Positions 28,342 through 38,825 of a stretch of 64,000 bases of DNA are shown here, piece by piece. The stretch is from Spirochaetales bacterium (GTDB lineage: Bacteria > Spirochaetota > Spirochaetia > SZUA-6 > DRHE01). A program made the position numbers and the translations under genes. Position 1 is the first letter of the stretch, and each line of letters starts with the position of its first letter. A model generated the notes under the pieces. The model ran no database searches and was not told where the DNA came from. It worked only from the letters and a program-made list of their open reading frames with translations. The stretch covers positions 104 to 64,103 of the forward strand of contig JAUWZD010000008.1 of the NCBI GenBank assembly GCA_030615505.1. The letters run 5' to 3'.

Positions 28342-30069
28342 TTAATGTTCAAGATAATCTTTAAGTCTTCGGCTGCGTTGGGGATGTCGCAGCCTGCGCA
28401 GGGCTTTAGCCTCAATCTGCCGGATGCGCTCTCTGGTTACATTGAAATAGAGCCCTACCTCCTCCAGGGTCAGGGAATAGCCATCTTCCAGACCGAACCT
28501 CATCTTAAGGACTTCCTGCTCTCTTGGCGGCAGGGTGTAAAGCACATCCTCAAGCTGCTCCTGCAGCAGCTTGAATGCTGTCTGGCTGGCCGGATTTTCT
28601 ACGTCCTTGTCCTCTATAAAATCTCCCAGCAGTGAATCGTCCTCCTCACCGATGGGTGTTTCTAAAGAAATCGGTTCCCTGGCCACACTCTTAACCGATT
28701 TCACCCGCTGAGTCGTCCAGCCAAGCCTTTCAGCTATCTCTGCATCTGTGGGTTCCCTGCCCAGAACCTGCATGAGCTGTCTCGATTCCCGCACCACCTT
28801 GTTGATCTGTTCTATCATGTGCACCGGGACACGGATTGTCCGCGCCTGGTCCGAAATGGATCGGGTAATTGCCTGTCTGATCCACCAGGTCGCATAGGTT
28901 GAGAATTTATAGCCCTTACGGTACTCAAACTTTTCCACCGCTTTAATCAGGCCTATGTTCCCCTCCTGAACAAGATCAAAAAAGTGCAGTCCACGGTTTG
29001 TGTATTTCTTGGCAATACTGACCACCAGCCTGAGATTCGCTTTGATCAGCCTGTCTTTAGCGCTCTTCATCATGATGCGGCCGTGTTCAATTTCTTTAGC
29101 CATTTTAAGAATTTTATGAATTGTGTTGTGAAACTCATTCTCAAGTTTCATCAACTTCTTATCGTTAATCTGTATCTGCCGGATAAGTTCCTTGATTCGG
29201 TCGGCAGGCATTCCAAGATCCTGCTCGATCCTGTCCCTGTCGGATTTTAAAGCCAGGCTCCGGCCAAGACTGCGGAGCTCTTTATGATTGCTAATATTAA
29301 GGCGCTTTTTTATCTTCTGTCTCTCTCTTAAGATTTTCTTTATGCGGCTTGCCACCATGGCAAACTTCTCAGAGAACATATTGATCTCATCCTGGTGAAG
29401 ATCAATTTTCGAAAGCCGCTTGATAAGCTCAGTTTCCTTTGCGCTGAGAACCTCATTCTTTAAGATACTTTCCCCCCGTCTTTCCACCTCCTTCTTTAAT
29501 TCCATAAACTGCTTCATCTGGAAAAAATGAAAACTCAAGGGTTCCCGGTATAGTTGATTAATTCTTCTCCTCTCTGCCAGAACCTCAGAAATCTCTTTCT
29601 TGGAGAGGTTCAGCTCCTTGGGATCCAGTTTTAAGCTGGTACGTTGAGCAAGCTTGTAAAGCTCAGGAATCAGGAAACCTGCATGCTTGATGACTTTTTG
29701 GATGATACTCTCTCCATCCTCCATTTTTTTGGAAAGAATCACTTCCTGTTCCCCAGTCAGCAGATTTTCTTTGCCTATTTCCCTTAGATACAGACGAATA
29801 GGATCATCGACAGCCGTTTCCTTTTCATCATAAACCATTTTCCTTTTGCCCGGAGCAGGCTTTTCATCAACTTCAATGTCTAAATTGATTTCTTCATCCT
29901 CAAGCTTGATGTTATTCTTCTCTAAAATGGCCATAACTTCCTCGATCCGGTCCGAGTTCACGATATCATCGGGCAGGAAGTCATTGACCTCATCATAGGT
30001 TATTGTTTTTTTCTTTTTTGAGTACTCTATTAATTTAATAATGGCAGGATCATTCTTCAGATCTGTCAT
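28342..30069 (-). CDS. rpoD: RNA polymerase sigma-70 factor RpoD
   Basis: Regions 1.2-4.2. [14 protein letters not shown], region 4 helix-turn-helix. Confidence 0.95.
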   Translation of the reverse strand: MTDLKNDPAIIKLIEYSKKKKTITYDEVNDFLPDDIVNSDRIEEVMAILEKNNIKLEDEEINLDIEVDEKPAPGKRKMVYDEKETAVDDPIRLYLREIGKENLLTGEQEVILSKKMEDGESIIQKVIKHAGFLIPELYKLAQRTSLKLDPKELNLSKKEISEVLAERRRINQLYREPLSFHFFQMKQFMELKKEVERRGESILKNEVLSAKETELIKRLSKIDLHQDEINMFSEKFAMVASRIKKILRERQKIKKRLNISNHKELRSLGRSLALKSDRDRIEQDLGMPADRIKELIRQIQINDKKLMKLENEFHNTIHKILKMAKEIEHGRIMMKSAKDRLIKANLRLVVSIAKKYTNRGLHFFDLVQEGNIGLIKAVEKFEYRKGYKFSTYATWWIRQAITRSISDQARTIRVPVHMIEQINKVVRESRQLMQVLGREPTDAEIAERLGWTTQRVKSVKSVAREPISLETPIGEEDDSLLGDFIEDKDVENPASQTAFKLLQEQLEDVLYTLPPREQEVLKMRFGLEDGYSLTLEEVGLYFNVTRERIRQIEAKALRRLRHPQRSRRLKDYLEH

Positions 30070-31834
30070 TCAGCATCACCTTCAATTTTTGTAGTTCTTC
30101 ATCTAAGAATATTTTTTCCGCCAGAAGCTCTTTGAGTTCTTCAGGCCGGCTCCCGGCTCTTTTAGTGATTAAAGATGCAACACAGCTTCTTTTAGTCTCT
30201 AAACTGCGCTGCTTAATTCGACTTATCCCATCCCGGATCAACCTATCCTGATTAATATTGAACTCCTCAGACGATATTTTTCTTAAAAGTAATTCCTTCA
30301 AGCCGGGATCTTCAATGTGCTCAAGCAGGGATTCCAGGCTGTTTTCCTCATTTCGAAAGCACTCCTCCAGCGCAATGTATAATTCTTTTGCCCTACTATC
30401 CTCGATATCATCTTCAATAATAGTATTCCTCAACCATGAAAAATAGTCACGATTCACAGAAATGGCAAGCATTAGAAAAAGGTCGGAGGAAATTCCAATT
30501 TCCTCCTCCTGTCCTGCTTTATACTTCTTAGTTCTGTTGAACCCCCTTAAAAAATCACTTCGTACTGACTCAAAGTCTACCCCAAGTCTCTCTGCCAGAA
30601 TACGGAGGTAGCCGTCTCTTTTTACCTGAGAATCTATACTTGCCAGATAGGAATCGAGAAGTTTGAATATTCCTTCTTTTCCATCCGGAGTTTGTGAATC
30701 ATATTTCAAAAATGCTCTATTCAATAGAAACTGAAAACTATTTATAGGACATTTTAACTTTTTTTTCAATGTCTCCGCACCATCTTTTTCAATAATCGCA
30801 GCAGGATCCTCGCCTTCAGGGAGATCTACAACATTAACGGAAATCCCCTGCTTCTCACAGAGCCCAGCCGCCTTGAATGTAGCCTGTATCCCCGCCTCAT
30901 CTCCATCAAAGATCAGCACCCCCCTCTGGGCATACCGCTTTAAGAGCCTTACCTGGCCGGCCGTTAAAGAGGTACCTAATGGGGCAACACAGTTATCGAT
31001 CTGATCTGAAGCCTGGCATAAAGCCAGTACATCCATATACCCCTCCACAATGATAAACTCATCCTTGTTTCGAATATTCTTGAATACATCCGGCGGGCCG
31101 AAGAAATTCTCACCCTTCCTGAAGAATGGAGTTTCAGGGGAATTAATATACTTCGGAACTTCTCTGTCCTCACTAAGAGCCCGACCGCCAAATCCTATCA
31201 CCTCTTCACGGTTGTTACGTATTGGAAAAATAATCCTATCCCTGAATAGCGAATTTAAAACCCCGCTCCTGCTGGAGAACAGGCCTGAATCTCTAAGGAA
31301 CTCTTCTGAATAATTCTTCTCCTTTAAGAACATAAACAGCCACTCTCTCTCCGGCCGGGCATATCCAACCTGAAATATCTTTAAGCTATCCTGGCTTACA
31401 TACCGGGACATAAGATACGCCCGTGCCTGAGCGGCGATCTTATGATTCAGCAGGATATGGTGAAAGCTCCCCGCAACACGCCTGTAAAGCTCTAAATAGG
31501 CCTCTCTCTGACTGGCGCCGTATTGAGCAGCCTGTTGATCCAGAAAGGAAAGGTCTACACCGGCCTTCTCAGCCAGAAACCGTACAGCCTCTGTAAAGGA
31601 GAGCTTTTCCGATTCCATTATGAACGTATAGATACTGCCGCCCTTGTGACAGCCGAAACAGTAATAAACCCCCTTATCCGGGGTCACGGTGAAAGATGGT
31701 GTCTTCTCCTCATGGAATGGGCACAATCCCCAGTAACGTCCCCCCTTTTTCTGAAGATGGACATACTCAGAGACTACTTCAATCATATCGAGTCGATCGG
31801 CTACTTCGGAAATGACATGATCCGGTATTCTCAT
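30050..31834 (-). CDS. dnaG: DNA primase DnaG
   Basis: Zinc-binding domain ([11 protein letters not shown]...CFGC), TOPRIM (EGYMDV), C-terminal helicase-interaction region. Confidence 0.95.
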   Translation of the reverse strand: MRIPDHVISEVADRLDMIEVVSEYVHLQKKGGRYWGLCPFHEEKTPSFTVTPDKGVYYCFGCHKGGSIYTFIMESEKLSFTEAVRFLAEKAGVDLSFLDQQAAQYGASQREAYLELYRRVAGSFHHILLNHKIAAQARAYLMSRYVSQDSLKIFQVGYARPEREWLFMFLKEKNYSEEFLRDSGLFSSRSGVLNSLFRDRIIFPIRNNREEVIGFGGRALSEDREVPKYINSPETPFFRKGENFFGPPDVFKNIRNKDEFIIVEGYMDVLALCQASDQIDNCVAPLGTSLTAGQVRLLKRYAQRGVLIFDGDEAGIQATFKAAGLCEKQGISVNVVDLPEGEDPAAIIEKDGAETLKKKLKCPINSFQFLLNRAFLKYDSQTPDGKEGIFKLLDSYLASIDSQVKRDGYLRILAERLGVDFESVRSDFLRGFNRTKKYKAGQEEEIGISSDLFLMLAISVNRDYFSWLRNTIIEDDIEDSRAKELYIALEECFRNEENSLESLLEHIEDPGLKELLLRKISSEEFNINQDRLIRDGISRIKQRSLETKRSCVASLITKRAGSRPEELKELLAEKIFLDEELQKLKVMLNDRSEE

Positions 31835-31848
31835 TGCTTAAGAATGGC

Positions 31849-32892
31849 TCAACCCCCAACTCCGACCCGTTTCAGATAGTAGTATTTAGCCCAGTTATGT
31901 TCCTGGAGGTTCGCAGAGAAGTAATGCTCGCCCGTGGCAGGGTTTTTCAAAAGGAAATACCAGTAATCTGTTTCCGGGGGATGAAAAGCAGCGTTCAAAG
32001 CCACTAATCCCGGATTGGATATAGGCCCGGGCGGCAGACCGGCCCATTTATACGTGTTGTAAGGCGAACCATTTTCTTTATCTTCCAGGGTTAAATATTC
32101 AGGATGTGGTTTCTCTTCTATCTCAGTTACAATGTACTGAAGAGTGGCGCAGGATTCAAGTCCGATATTGCGCTTCAAACGGTTATAAAATACAGAAGCA
32201 ATAAGTGGCGCTTCCTCAGGCCTGCGGTACTCCCTTTCTACAATAGAGGCCATAATGACCTTTTGATGAAGGATCTGTTTATCCAATTGGGTATATTCCG
32301 GGGCTATTGTCTTAAGGCGCTCAAAGAAGTTAATAACCATCTGTTCCAGCACTGCATAGGCCGGATAACCCTCAGGGAAATAATAGGTATCCGGAAACAG
32401 ATAACCCTCCATGGTATCAGCAGGGATTCCGTATTCACTTAAGAGGGCTTCCGATCCGGCCGCAGTCAATACTTCGCTTTTGGTGGCTATACCCTTTTTC
32501 CCCAAATGCTCCGCCACTTTACTCAGTGTCCAACCCTCTGGAAATGTAATTCTTACCTGCTCCTGATAACCGGCTATGAGTAAGTTGTGAATGTCTACGG
32601 TTGTACTGCCGGGCATTATGCGGAAATAGCCGCTCTTGAAGTAGGTCTCGGAGTGATTAAAGCGGCTCAAAATTTTGAGGAACAGGGATGAACGGATTAA
32701 TTGATCATGCTCAAGCCTACCGGCAATCGAATTAAGCGATTCTCCCTTTATGATCTTAAATACCCTTCCCACATCCGGCACTGACGGTGAAGGCGTATTC
32801 AAGTAATATAGAAATGCAGCCGTACCCAGACCGAAGAAAAAGATAAGGAAAAATATGGTAATGATAATATTCGAAATTGATACTCGCTTCAT
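31849..32892 (-). CDS. mltG: Endolytic murein transglycosylase MltG (YceG family)
   Basis: N-terminal TM helix and YceG-like domain. 4-bp overlap with the upstream giant gene. Confidence 0.85.
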   Translation of the reverse strand: MKRVSISNIIITIFFLIFFFGLGTAAFLYYLNTPSPSVPDVGRVFKIIKGESLNSIAGRLEHDQLIRSSLFLKILSRFNHSETYFKSGYFRIMPGSTTVDIHNLLIAGYQEQVRITFPEGWTLSKVAEHLGKKGIATKSEVLTAAGSEALLSEYGIPADTMEGYLFPDTYYFPEGYPAYAVLEQMVINFFERLKTIAPEYTQLDKQILHQKVIMASIVEREYRRPEEAPLIASVFYNRLKRNIGLESCATLQYIVTEIEEKPHPEYLTLEDKENGSPYNTYKWAGLPPGPISNPGLVALNAAFHPPETDYWYFLLKNPATGEHYFSANLQEHNWAKYYYLKRVGVGG

Positions 32893-35800
32893 TTCTTAAT
32901 CAATATAAACTCAACCCTGCGGTTCTTCCATCTGTTTTCTAGATCCCTGAAGGGCACAATCGGATGCTTTCCTCCCAGACCTGCTGTAGATATCCTGGAT
33001 GCCTGCAATCCCAGTTCCACTAAAGCCGTCTTTACCGCTTCAGCCCTGGCGTTGGATAGAGGCCCCAGTTCCTTTATCTCTTCCTCAGCCGCCTTTACCG
33101 GGTCCGCCCAGGATAGATTATTGGCATGACCCTCGATCCGTATCCTGTATTTGCTGTATTTTGTAAAAATCTCGGCCAGGCGCTTTATCGTTCTGTTATT
33201 TCTGTCGATCTTCTCCCCATCCTCAACAGCGGAGAGATCCGCTGAATTTGGCGGAAATGTTATACTGGATATTCTCACTTTAAGCTTATCCCCCTCCCGG
33301 ATAACCAGAACATCCACCGGAATAATTCTTTCTAAATCGGTCGAATTTCCTAAAGTATCGTTTATGCGGAAAAATACCCTGTAATCCTGAGCCGCCTGAA
33401 CCAGCTCGCCGCTGTCCGAAAGACCATCCCATATAATGCGGTCCGTGGGATTTCCCCTGCCGCTGAAAGTTGTGAACAAATGGCCCACCGGATCGTTTAT
33501 TTCCATTGCCCAGCCTGCGATCGGACTCAGATCCTCCACCCCAATACCAATATTGAGCTCATCATCAACACCGTCGTTGTCCGGAGAAAACGGCCTGGGA
33601 GTCAGTGTAAAATCCACCATGGGCGGCGAGATGTCCAACCGGAAGGGAGCAGTCTTTTCCTCGGGCCTGTTTCCCTTGTTATACTCAACTGTGAACAGGG
33701 CCTGATAGAATCCTTCCGGAGCCGCTCCATAGTCTCCTCTGCCGTCCCAGCTTATATTGGAAGGAATCTTGCCTACTCCGCTGAATCTCTTCTTCACACC
33801 CTGCTTGGAATGGATGAGATCCAGATGCCAGGATTTGATTCCATCTGTCATTTCCACATAGGTATTAAACTCAATTTTATCCAGGAAACCGTCATAATTC
33901 GGTGAAAACCCGTCTGCAGAGACCGTAATAAATAAGGGAGTGAGGCGGGTATCGATCTCCAATCCCCTGATCTCTTTAGACACACTGTTGCCTGCAGGGT
34001 CGATGCATCTGACCCTGTAGCTGTACAGGCCGTCGGCAATTTTATTGCCGTTTTCATCCTTTCCATCCCATTTGAAAGTGGAGGCCTGTCCCTTCCAGTA
34101 AAAGCTGCGCACCTCCTCTTCTCGGCTGTCGCGAATCTCCGCCTCCCATAGATTTTCCCGGCTTGAGCTCTGCCGAATCGTTACTTCATCACGCAGTCCG
34201 TCTCCATCCGGTGAAAAGAGGGTAAAATCCACAGAAATCTCAATTGTGGGCTCTTTAGTATCCATAATGAAGGAAGGCGTGCGCACCTCATGATGATCCC
34301 CTTTAAGATAATCCAGCTCCAGCTCCGCTACATATTCCCCATCGGGAAGGCGGCGGCCATTATCATCAAGACCGTCCCAGGCCAAAGTATCAGGAGCCCG
34401 GTTCTGCCCCCGGACATTCTTTACAACCTGCTTCGATTGATCGAGGATGCGCAGGTGGAAGGATTCTACCCCGGAAGTGACTTTTAAAGTGGAAATGAGC
34501 TTTATGCGATCTTTTACACCATCCGCATTCGGGGAAAAATAGCCTGAATCCGTTGAAATAAAAACTTCAGTCTCCTCAGTATTCACCTCAAATTGGATCT
34601 TCTTGGATTCCCCGAAATTTCCCGCCTTATCCGTGGCTCTCAGAAAATAGGAATATATTCCATCCGGCATGAGCCGGCCGTCATCAGAACGGCCTTCCCA
34701 TACCATTTTCGAGTCCACCCTGCCCCGCCAGGAAAAACTTCTTACAGTCTGTCCGAAAGCATTTGTCAGAATTCCCTCCCATTCGGGTTCCACTGAACTT
34801 TCCTGATAGATGGTTACCGTATCTTTTATACCGTCTCCATTTGGAGAAAAAACGGCCAAATCCGAGCTTAAAACGGCAGATGGCGGTGTGAGATCGATAG
34901 TAAAGGAGGGAGAAAGAGCATTAGGATTATTACCGTTAACATAGAGCACTTCCAGCTCTGCATCGTATGTTCCTTCAGGCAGTTTCTTTCCCTCATTATC
35001 CGTTCCATCGAAGTCCAGGGCCTTAAAAATAGACTCAGTTCCCTTGAAGATTCTTCTGATTGTCCCCTGTTCATCACTTATGCTTAAGCTCCACTTTTCA
35101 ATTCCCGAAGTTACCGGCACATCAAGTGTGAATATTAGGGTGTCTTTTACCTGATCTCCGTTAGGCGAGAAAAAAGACTCACTGATATTGATATTGATGG
35201 GCGTTGCCTGGGTACTGATTATTATATTATCAATCTGAGCTGATCCTGTATTTCCGGCCCGGTCTGTAGAAGTGATCCGATAATTGTAAACCCCATCGGG
35301 AGATAGGATCTCTCCTGAGTTCCTGCCATCCCAATCGAAGTTCTGAGGATCACTGTTTTTCCACTTAAGGCTCACTATCTCTTCCCCGTCCACGTTCTGA
35401 ACCGTGCCATGCCAGAGGATTTCTTCGGAACCCTTCTGCTCAACAGGCAGTACGTCCTTGTTCCCATCGTCATTGGGAGAGAAAATCAGATAGGGGGTGT
35501 TCAGCTCAACCGAAGGCGGAGTATTATCCACTATCACGCTTCCGGTGTCGCTTTTGCCCAGGTTGCCGTTATCATCCCAGGCTTCCACCTGAAATGTATA
35601 ATTCCCATCCGGTGCTACACTCCCTTTATCCGTACGACCATCCCATCGAAGCTGTTCCGGAATAGTTATTCCTTTTTTAACATAGAGAAGCCGATCTACA
35701 ATATTTTTTACCGTAACATTCTCCGGACGCTCATCCTTATTTACAATCTCCCGTACCTTCACACCCTGGCTGTCATATACAATGAAACGATAGCCCTTGA

Positions 35801-36866
35801 TAAAGCGCTCATCCGTTATCTGTACAGATTTATTCAGATCATCCTGAACCCCATCCAGATTGGGAGAGATATTCTCTGTAGCAGTGTCAATATTAATAAC
35901 CGGCGGATCTTTATCGACCACCCCTATATGTACATTCACTCCGGCACCAACTGCCCAGATATCGTTCTGCAGAGGTGCAGCAGAAACGCTGGTTTTAACC
36001 TCGCTTCGATCCTGGCGGATCGAGGTGGCGAACCTCAGAGCCAGACCAAAAGATACCGGAAGGTTCCTCGATGTTTCTTTCAGGAACTCATGAGCATCGA
36101 AGAAAGCCCCGGCCTGGACAAATAGAAAATCCTTAAAGGTCAGTTCGGTTCCTAAGGAGGCCTGGAGATTCTGGAAACCCGGAAAAATCAGGTCTGCGGT
36201 GAACGCCAGGTCAAAAGCCTTTGAATCTATCAGTCCGAAATAGGCTCCGATGGATGGAGTAAAGGGCGCCGGGTAGGCGGTCCTTCCTTCAACCGGGGCA
36301 AAACCCTTGCCCAGACCCTTAATGGCTACGCCCCAGCGGAAGTCTTTAAAGAATCCCAGTTCTCCGGGCAGATGAACAAACCCAAGATCCAGTCCCAAAC
36401 CCCAATCACTACCGAACATGGCACCTAAACCCGCGCCTACTAATAGCCTGGGAAATAGGTCTTTGGCAAAGGATACATTGAGTCCTCCGAAAGTACCCAG
36501 TTCCACACTGTCAAAGGGCGTAGAGACGAATCGGGCGCTGCTGCTGAATACACCGGCCCGGGTCGGCAGTGTTAAGCCTGTATTAATAACGTGGCCGAAT
36601 CCACTGTCCTCGTCCGAACCTACTAATCCGATGTAGCTTAAGTCCAGGGTTACCCGCTGTCTGGCCCCTGATGCGGCCGGATTCAGCACATCCCCGGCAG
36701 GGGACAGCGTGGATACAGTTTTTGAACCCCCGGCCAGAAAAGAGGGAGAGTACAGATCATAAAGACTGCTGATTCCCGGCGGAGGGTCATACTCCGAAAA
36801 AACGGGAAATATAATAAACAGAACAAGAAAGCTGATCAATCCTGAAATAACATACTTCTTTTTCAT
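32889..36866 (-). CDS. 1325-aa outer-membrane-type protein: Gly-rich beta-rich N-terminal domain, eight tandem FlgD-Ig-like domains, C-terminal OmpA peptidoglycan-binding domain
   Basis: Signal peptide. Motif (F/I)SPNxDGxxD repeated eight times, each followed by W(D/E)G..d.G...pDG.Y. C-terminus RIEGHANN...NRRVEFILI is OmpA-like. Confidence 0.85.
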   Translation of the reverse strand: MKKKYVISGLISFLVLFIIFPVFSEYDPPPGISSLYDLYSPSFLAGGSKTVSTLSPAGDVLNPAASGARQRVTLDLSYIGLVGSDEDSGFGHVINTGLTLPTRAGVFSSSARFVSTPFDSVELGTFGGLNVSFAKDLFPRLLVGAGLGAMFGSDWGLGLDLGFVHLPGELGFFKDFRWGVAIKGLGKGFAPVEGRTAYPAPFTPSIGAYFGLIDSKAFDLAFTADLIFPGFQNLQASLGTELTFKDFLFVQAGAFFDAHEFLKETSRNLPVSFGLALRFATSIRQDRSEVKTSVSAAPLQNDIWAVGAGVNVHIGVVDKDPPVINIDTATENISPNLDGVQDDLNKSVQITDERFIKGYRFIVYDSQGVKVREIVNKDERPENVTVKNIVDRLLYVKKGITIPEQLRWDGRTDKGSVAPDGNYTFQVEAWDDNGNLGKSDTGSVIVDNTPPSVELNTPYLIFSPNDDGNKDVLPVEQKGSEEILWHGTVQNVDGEEIVSLKWKNSDPQNFDWDGRNSGEILSPDGVYNYRITSTDRAGNTGSAQIDNIIISTQATPININISESFFSPNGDQVKDTLIFTLDVPVTSGIEKWSLSISDEQGTIRRIFKGTESIFKALDFDGTDNEGKKLPEGTYDAELEVLYVNGNNPNALSPSFTIDLTPPSAVLSSDLAVFSPNGDGIKDTVTIYQESSVEPEWEGILTNAFGQTVRSFSWRGRVDSKMVWEGRSDDGRLMPDGIYSYFLRATDKAGNFGESKKIQFEVNTEETEVFISTDSGYFSPNADGVKDRIKLISTLKVTSGVESFHLRILDQSKQVVKNVRGQNRAPDTLAWDGLDDNGRRLPDGEYVAELELDYLKGDHHEVRTPSFIMDTKEPTIEISVDFTLFSPDGDGLRDEVTIRQSSSRENLWEAEIRDSREEEVRSFYWKGQASTFKWDGKDENGNKIADGLYSYRVRCIDPAGNSVSKEIRGLEIDTRLTPLFITVSADGFSPNYDGFLDKIEFNTYVEMTDGIKSWHLDLIHSKQGVKKRFSGVGKIPSNISWDGRGDYGAAPEGFYQALFTVEYNKGNRPEEKTAPFRLDISPPMVDFTLTPRPFSPDNDGVDDELNIGIGVEDLSPIAGWAMEINDPVGHLFTTFSGRGNPTDRIIWDGLSDSGELVQAAQDYRVFFRINDTLGNSTDLERIIPVDVLVIREGDKLKVRISSITFPPNSADLSAVEDGEKIDRNNRTIKRLAEIFTKYSKYRIRIEGHANNLSWADPVKAAEEEIKELGPLSNARAEAVKTALVELGLQASRISTAGLGGKHPIVPFRDLENRWKNRRVEFILIKK
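33476..35876 (-). repeat. Eight tandem FlgD-Ig-like coding repeats (about 290 bp each, diverged at the DNA level)
   Basis: Protein-level periodicity of the FSPNGDG...WDG..DNG..LPDGxY motif. Confidence 0.7.
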
Positions 36867-36927
36867 TGTTTTCTTCCTTTTAAGCTAACGGATCTGTTTT
36901 CGTCATATCCATATAAATTTAGCCCTC

Positions 36928-37137
36928 TTACCGGCCAAATTCAATTCTTTTATTGTAAAGTTCATTCAAACCCTCAAATTTTTCGATTGATAACTCTTCA
37001 TACAGCCTCTTCTCAACACGAGAAAGCAATCGAAGCCGTATCGGGTCCAGTTTATCTTCATCTACTTTTAAAAGAAGATAAAGAGAAATCGTCTCCACCG
37101 GGTTGAGTGTGAAGGGATTCTTGGAATTAGAGTTCAA
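36928..37137 (-). CDS. Small hypothetical protein (69 aa)
   Basis: ORF overlaps the stop of the MBL gene by 11 bp. No homology recognised. Confidence 0.35.
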   Translation of the reverse strand: MNSNSKNPFTLNPVETISLYLLLKVDEDKLDPIRLRLLSRVEKRLYEELSIEKFEGLNELYNKRIEFGR

Positions 37138-38071
37138 GCTCCAGTCCTTCTACAGCTAAAATCACCTTAAACTTCTTGTTCTCAATGCGAGCCCTATACC
37201 ATTCAGCGGAATTCAAAATCCCGTAAATTTTCCGATCATCGTAGAGCGGCTCATGATGGAATAAGGCCAGAGTCTTAATCCCCCATTCTGCCGCGAAATC
37301 TATGGCCATGCTGTATGAAGTATGCCCCCAGTCATACTTTTCGATAGCTTCACCCAGGGTATACTGAGAATCAAGAATCAACAGATCAGTACCTGCAAAA
37401 AACCGCCGGTTTCCCTCGGTTCTCTTGAAGTCAGCAGTAGTGATCTCAGAATCTGTGGCAAAGATCATACTTTTGTTATCTTCACTGATCTTGTAAGCCA
37501 CACACTTCCCGGGATGCTTCATCTCTTTCCATGCTATATGTGCCTTTCCAAGTTTCACCCCGCTGTTTTTAAGCCGCATAAAGCGCAGATCCGCATTAAA
37601 GACCTCCATTCCCACCGGGAAATAGGGGTGCTTCATCTGATTCCTTAGGACTTCTTCCAGATTTTCCCGGGGACTGTAGAAGAAGAGTGTATTTCCCTTT
37701 TTGTACACAATAGGAATAAAAAAGGGCAGACCCTGAAGATGATCCCAGTGAAAATGGGTAAAAAAGATATGAAACTCCCTGATTCCATCATTCTTCCTGG
37801 CCAGGGAAGCTCCCAGCTCCCGGATTCCTGACCCCGTATCAATAATAATCAGCCTATTCTCTGAGGTTCGTATCTCAATACAGGTTGTGTTTCCACCTAC
37901 TGTACCGAACAGATAGGGGGGAAGATCGGCTAAAAAAGCCTCTCTGGTTTCAGGGCTTTTAAGGTCACTTGCTTTTATGCGCATCACAATGGCCGCTATG
38001 CGGCTCTTGAGCTGTTCTGCAGTAATAGGAGTGGGAATTGAACCCCGGGTTCCCCAAAATTTTACTTTCAT
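37127..38071 (-). CDS. MBL-fold metallo-hydrolase
   Basis: HFHWDH metal-binding motif. About 310 aa. Confidence 0.8.
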   Translation of the reverse strand: MKVKFWGTRGSIPTPITAEQLKSRIAAIVMRIKASDLKSPETREAFLADLPPYLFGTVGGNTTCIEIRTSENRLIIIDTGSGIRELGASLARKNDGIREFHIFFTHFHWDHLQGLPFFIPIVYKKGNTLFFYSPRENLEEVLRNQMKHPYFPVGMEVFNADLRFMRLKNSGVKLGKAHIAWKEMKHPGKCVAYKISEDNKSMIFATDSEITTADFKRTEGNRRFFAGTDLLILDSQYTLGEAIEKYDWGHTSYSMAIDFAAEWGIKTLALFHHEPLYDDRKIYGILNSAEWYRARIENKKFKVILAVEGLELEL

Positions 38072-38523
38072 AGCAGCATTATATCCTCAGGCTCAGGGTA
38101 TTTGGCTCTATCAAGCATTTTAAGCCAATGCTCAATCCTTCTTTTGGAGTGCGGGCTCCCCTTGCCCATTCCCGGGCAGGAACTTTTAAGCTTGTTCCAG
38201 CCTTCCTGAGAGGCCAGATTTGAGCTCCAGAAGGGAAAACTGCGGCATTGGACCGGCCTCTGTTTGTATACGGTGCATCCTCCATTCTCCCAGAAGATAC
38301 AGTCACAGTTTCCCTTTTCTATAAGACTGATTTGCTTAATACCATTGATATTGACCTCACGGCAGTAGATTTCCATGAATTCCTCTCCGGACAGTCCCGT
38401 GGCTTTTAGGAGATTCTTCACATCCATTAAACTTAGCAATACAAATCCCGGAGTAAATCGGCAGCAGGCGGAACAGCGGGTACATTCAAAACGCAGTCCC
38501 TCTTTGTAGAAACAATCGGCCAT
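38068..38523 (-). CDS. YkgJ-family Cys-cluster protein (UPF0153)
   Basis: CTRCSACC motif near the N-terminus plus further Cys pairs. Overlaps the MBL gene start. Confidence 0.75.
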   Translation of the reverse strand: MADCFYKEGLRFECTRCSACCRFTPGFVLLSLMDVKNLLKATGLSGEEFMEIYCREVNINGIKQISLIEKGNCDCIFWENGGCTVYKQRPVQCRSFPFWSSNLASQEGWNKLKSSCPGMGKGSPHSKRRIEHWLKMLDRAKYPEPEDIMLL

Positions 38524-38545
38524 ATACTTTTTAATCCTTAAGCTA

Positions 38546-38577
38546 ATAAAAAAGCCTCCTCCGCTCGGAGAAGGCTC
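38546..38577 (-). terminator. Rho-independent terminator downstream of tRNA-Tyr
   Basis: Minus strand: GCCTTCTCCGAGCGGAGGAGGC hairpin followed by TTTTTT. Confidence 0.6.
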
Positions 38578-38579
38578 TT

Positions 38580-38661
38580 TGGGGAGAGAAGGATTCGAAC
38601 CTTCGAAGGCTGAGCCAACAGATTTACAGTCTGCCCCCTTTGGCCGCTCGGGAACCTCCCC
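38580..38661 (-). tRNA. tRNA-Tyr (anticodon GTA), long variable arm, no encoded CCA
   Basis: Near-identical to the E. coli tRNA-Tyr core (…CCCGAGCGGCCAAAGGGGGCAGACTGTAAATCTG…GAAGGTTCGAATCCTTC…). Acceptor GGGGAGG/TCTCCCC. Confidence 0.9.
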
Positions 38662-38728
38662 ACATTGTGCTCGTGTCGTTCAGTAAGCAAAACCCTAACA
38701 ATAAGGTCCTATTTTGTCAAGGCACCCG

Positions 38729-38801
38729 AGCCACCTGCCCGATTCGAACGGGCGACCCCGAGATTACAAGTCACGTGCTCTACCAGCTGAGCTAAGGTGG
38801 C
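38729..38801 (-). tRNA. tRNA-Thr (anticodon TGT inferred), no encoded CCA
   Basis: Cloverleaf GCCACCT / D-stem GCTC / anticodon loop CTTGTAA / T-arm GCCCGTTCGAATCGGGC / AGGTGGC. One U-U mismatch in the anticodon stem. Confidence 0.75.
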
Positions 38802-38825
38802 TTTAGATCAGGCAGCTTTAGATTA

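Noticed and set aside
35409-36125. 238-aa + strand ORF, and other + ORFs 33151-34796
   Set aside because: Antisense to the 1325-aa repeat protein. Repeats create long open antisense frames.
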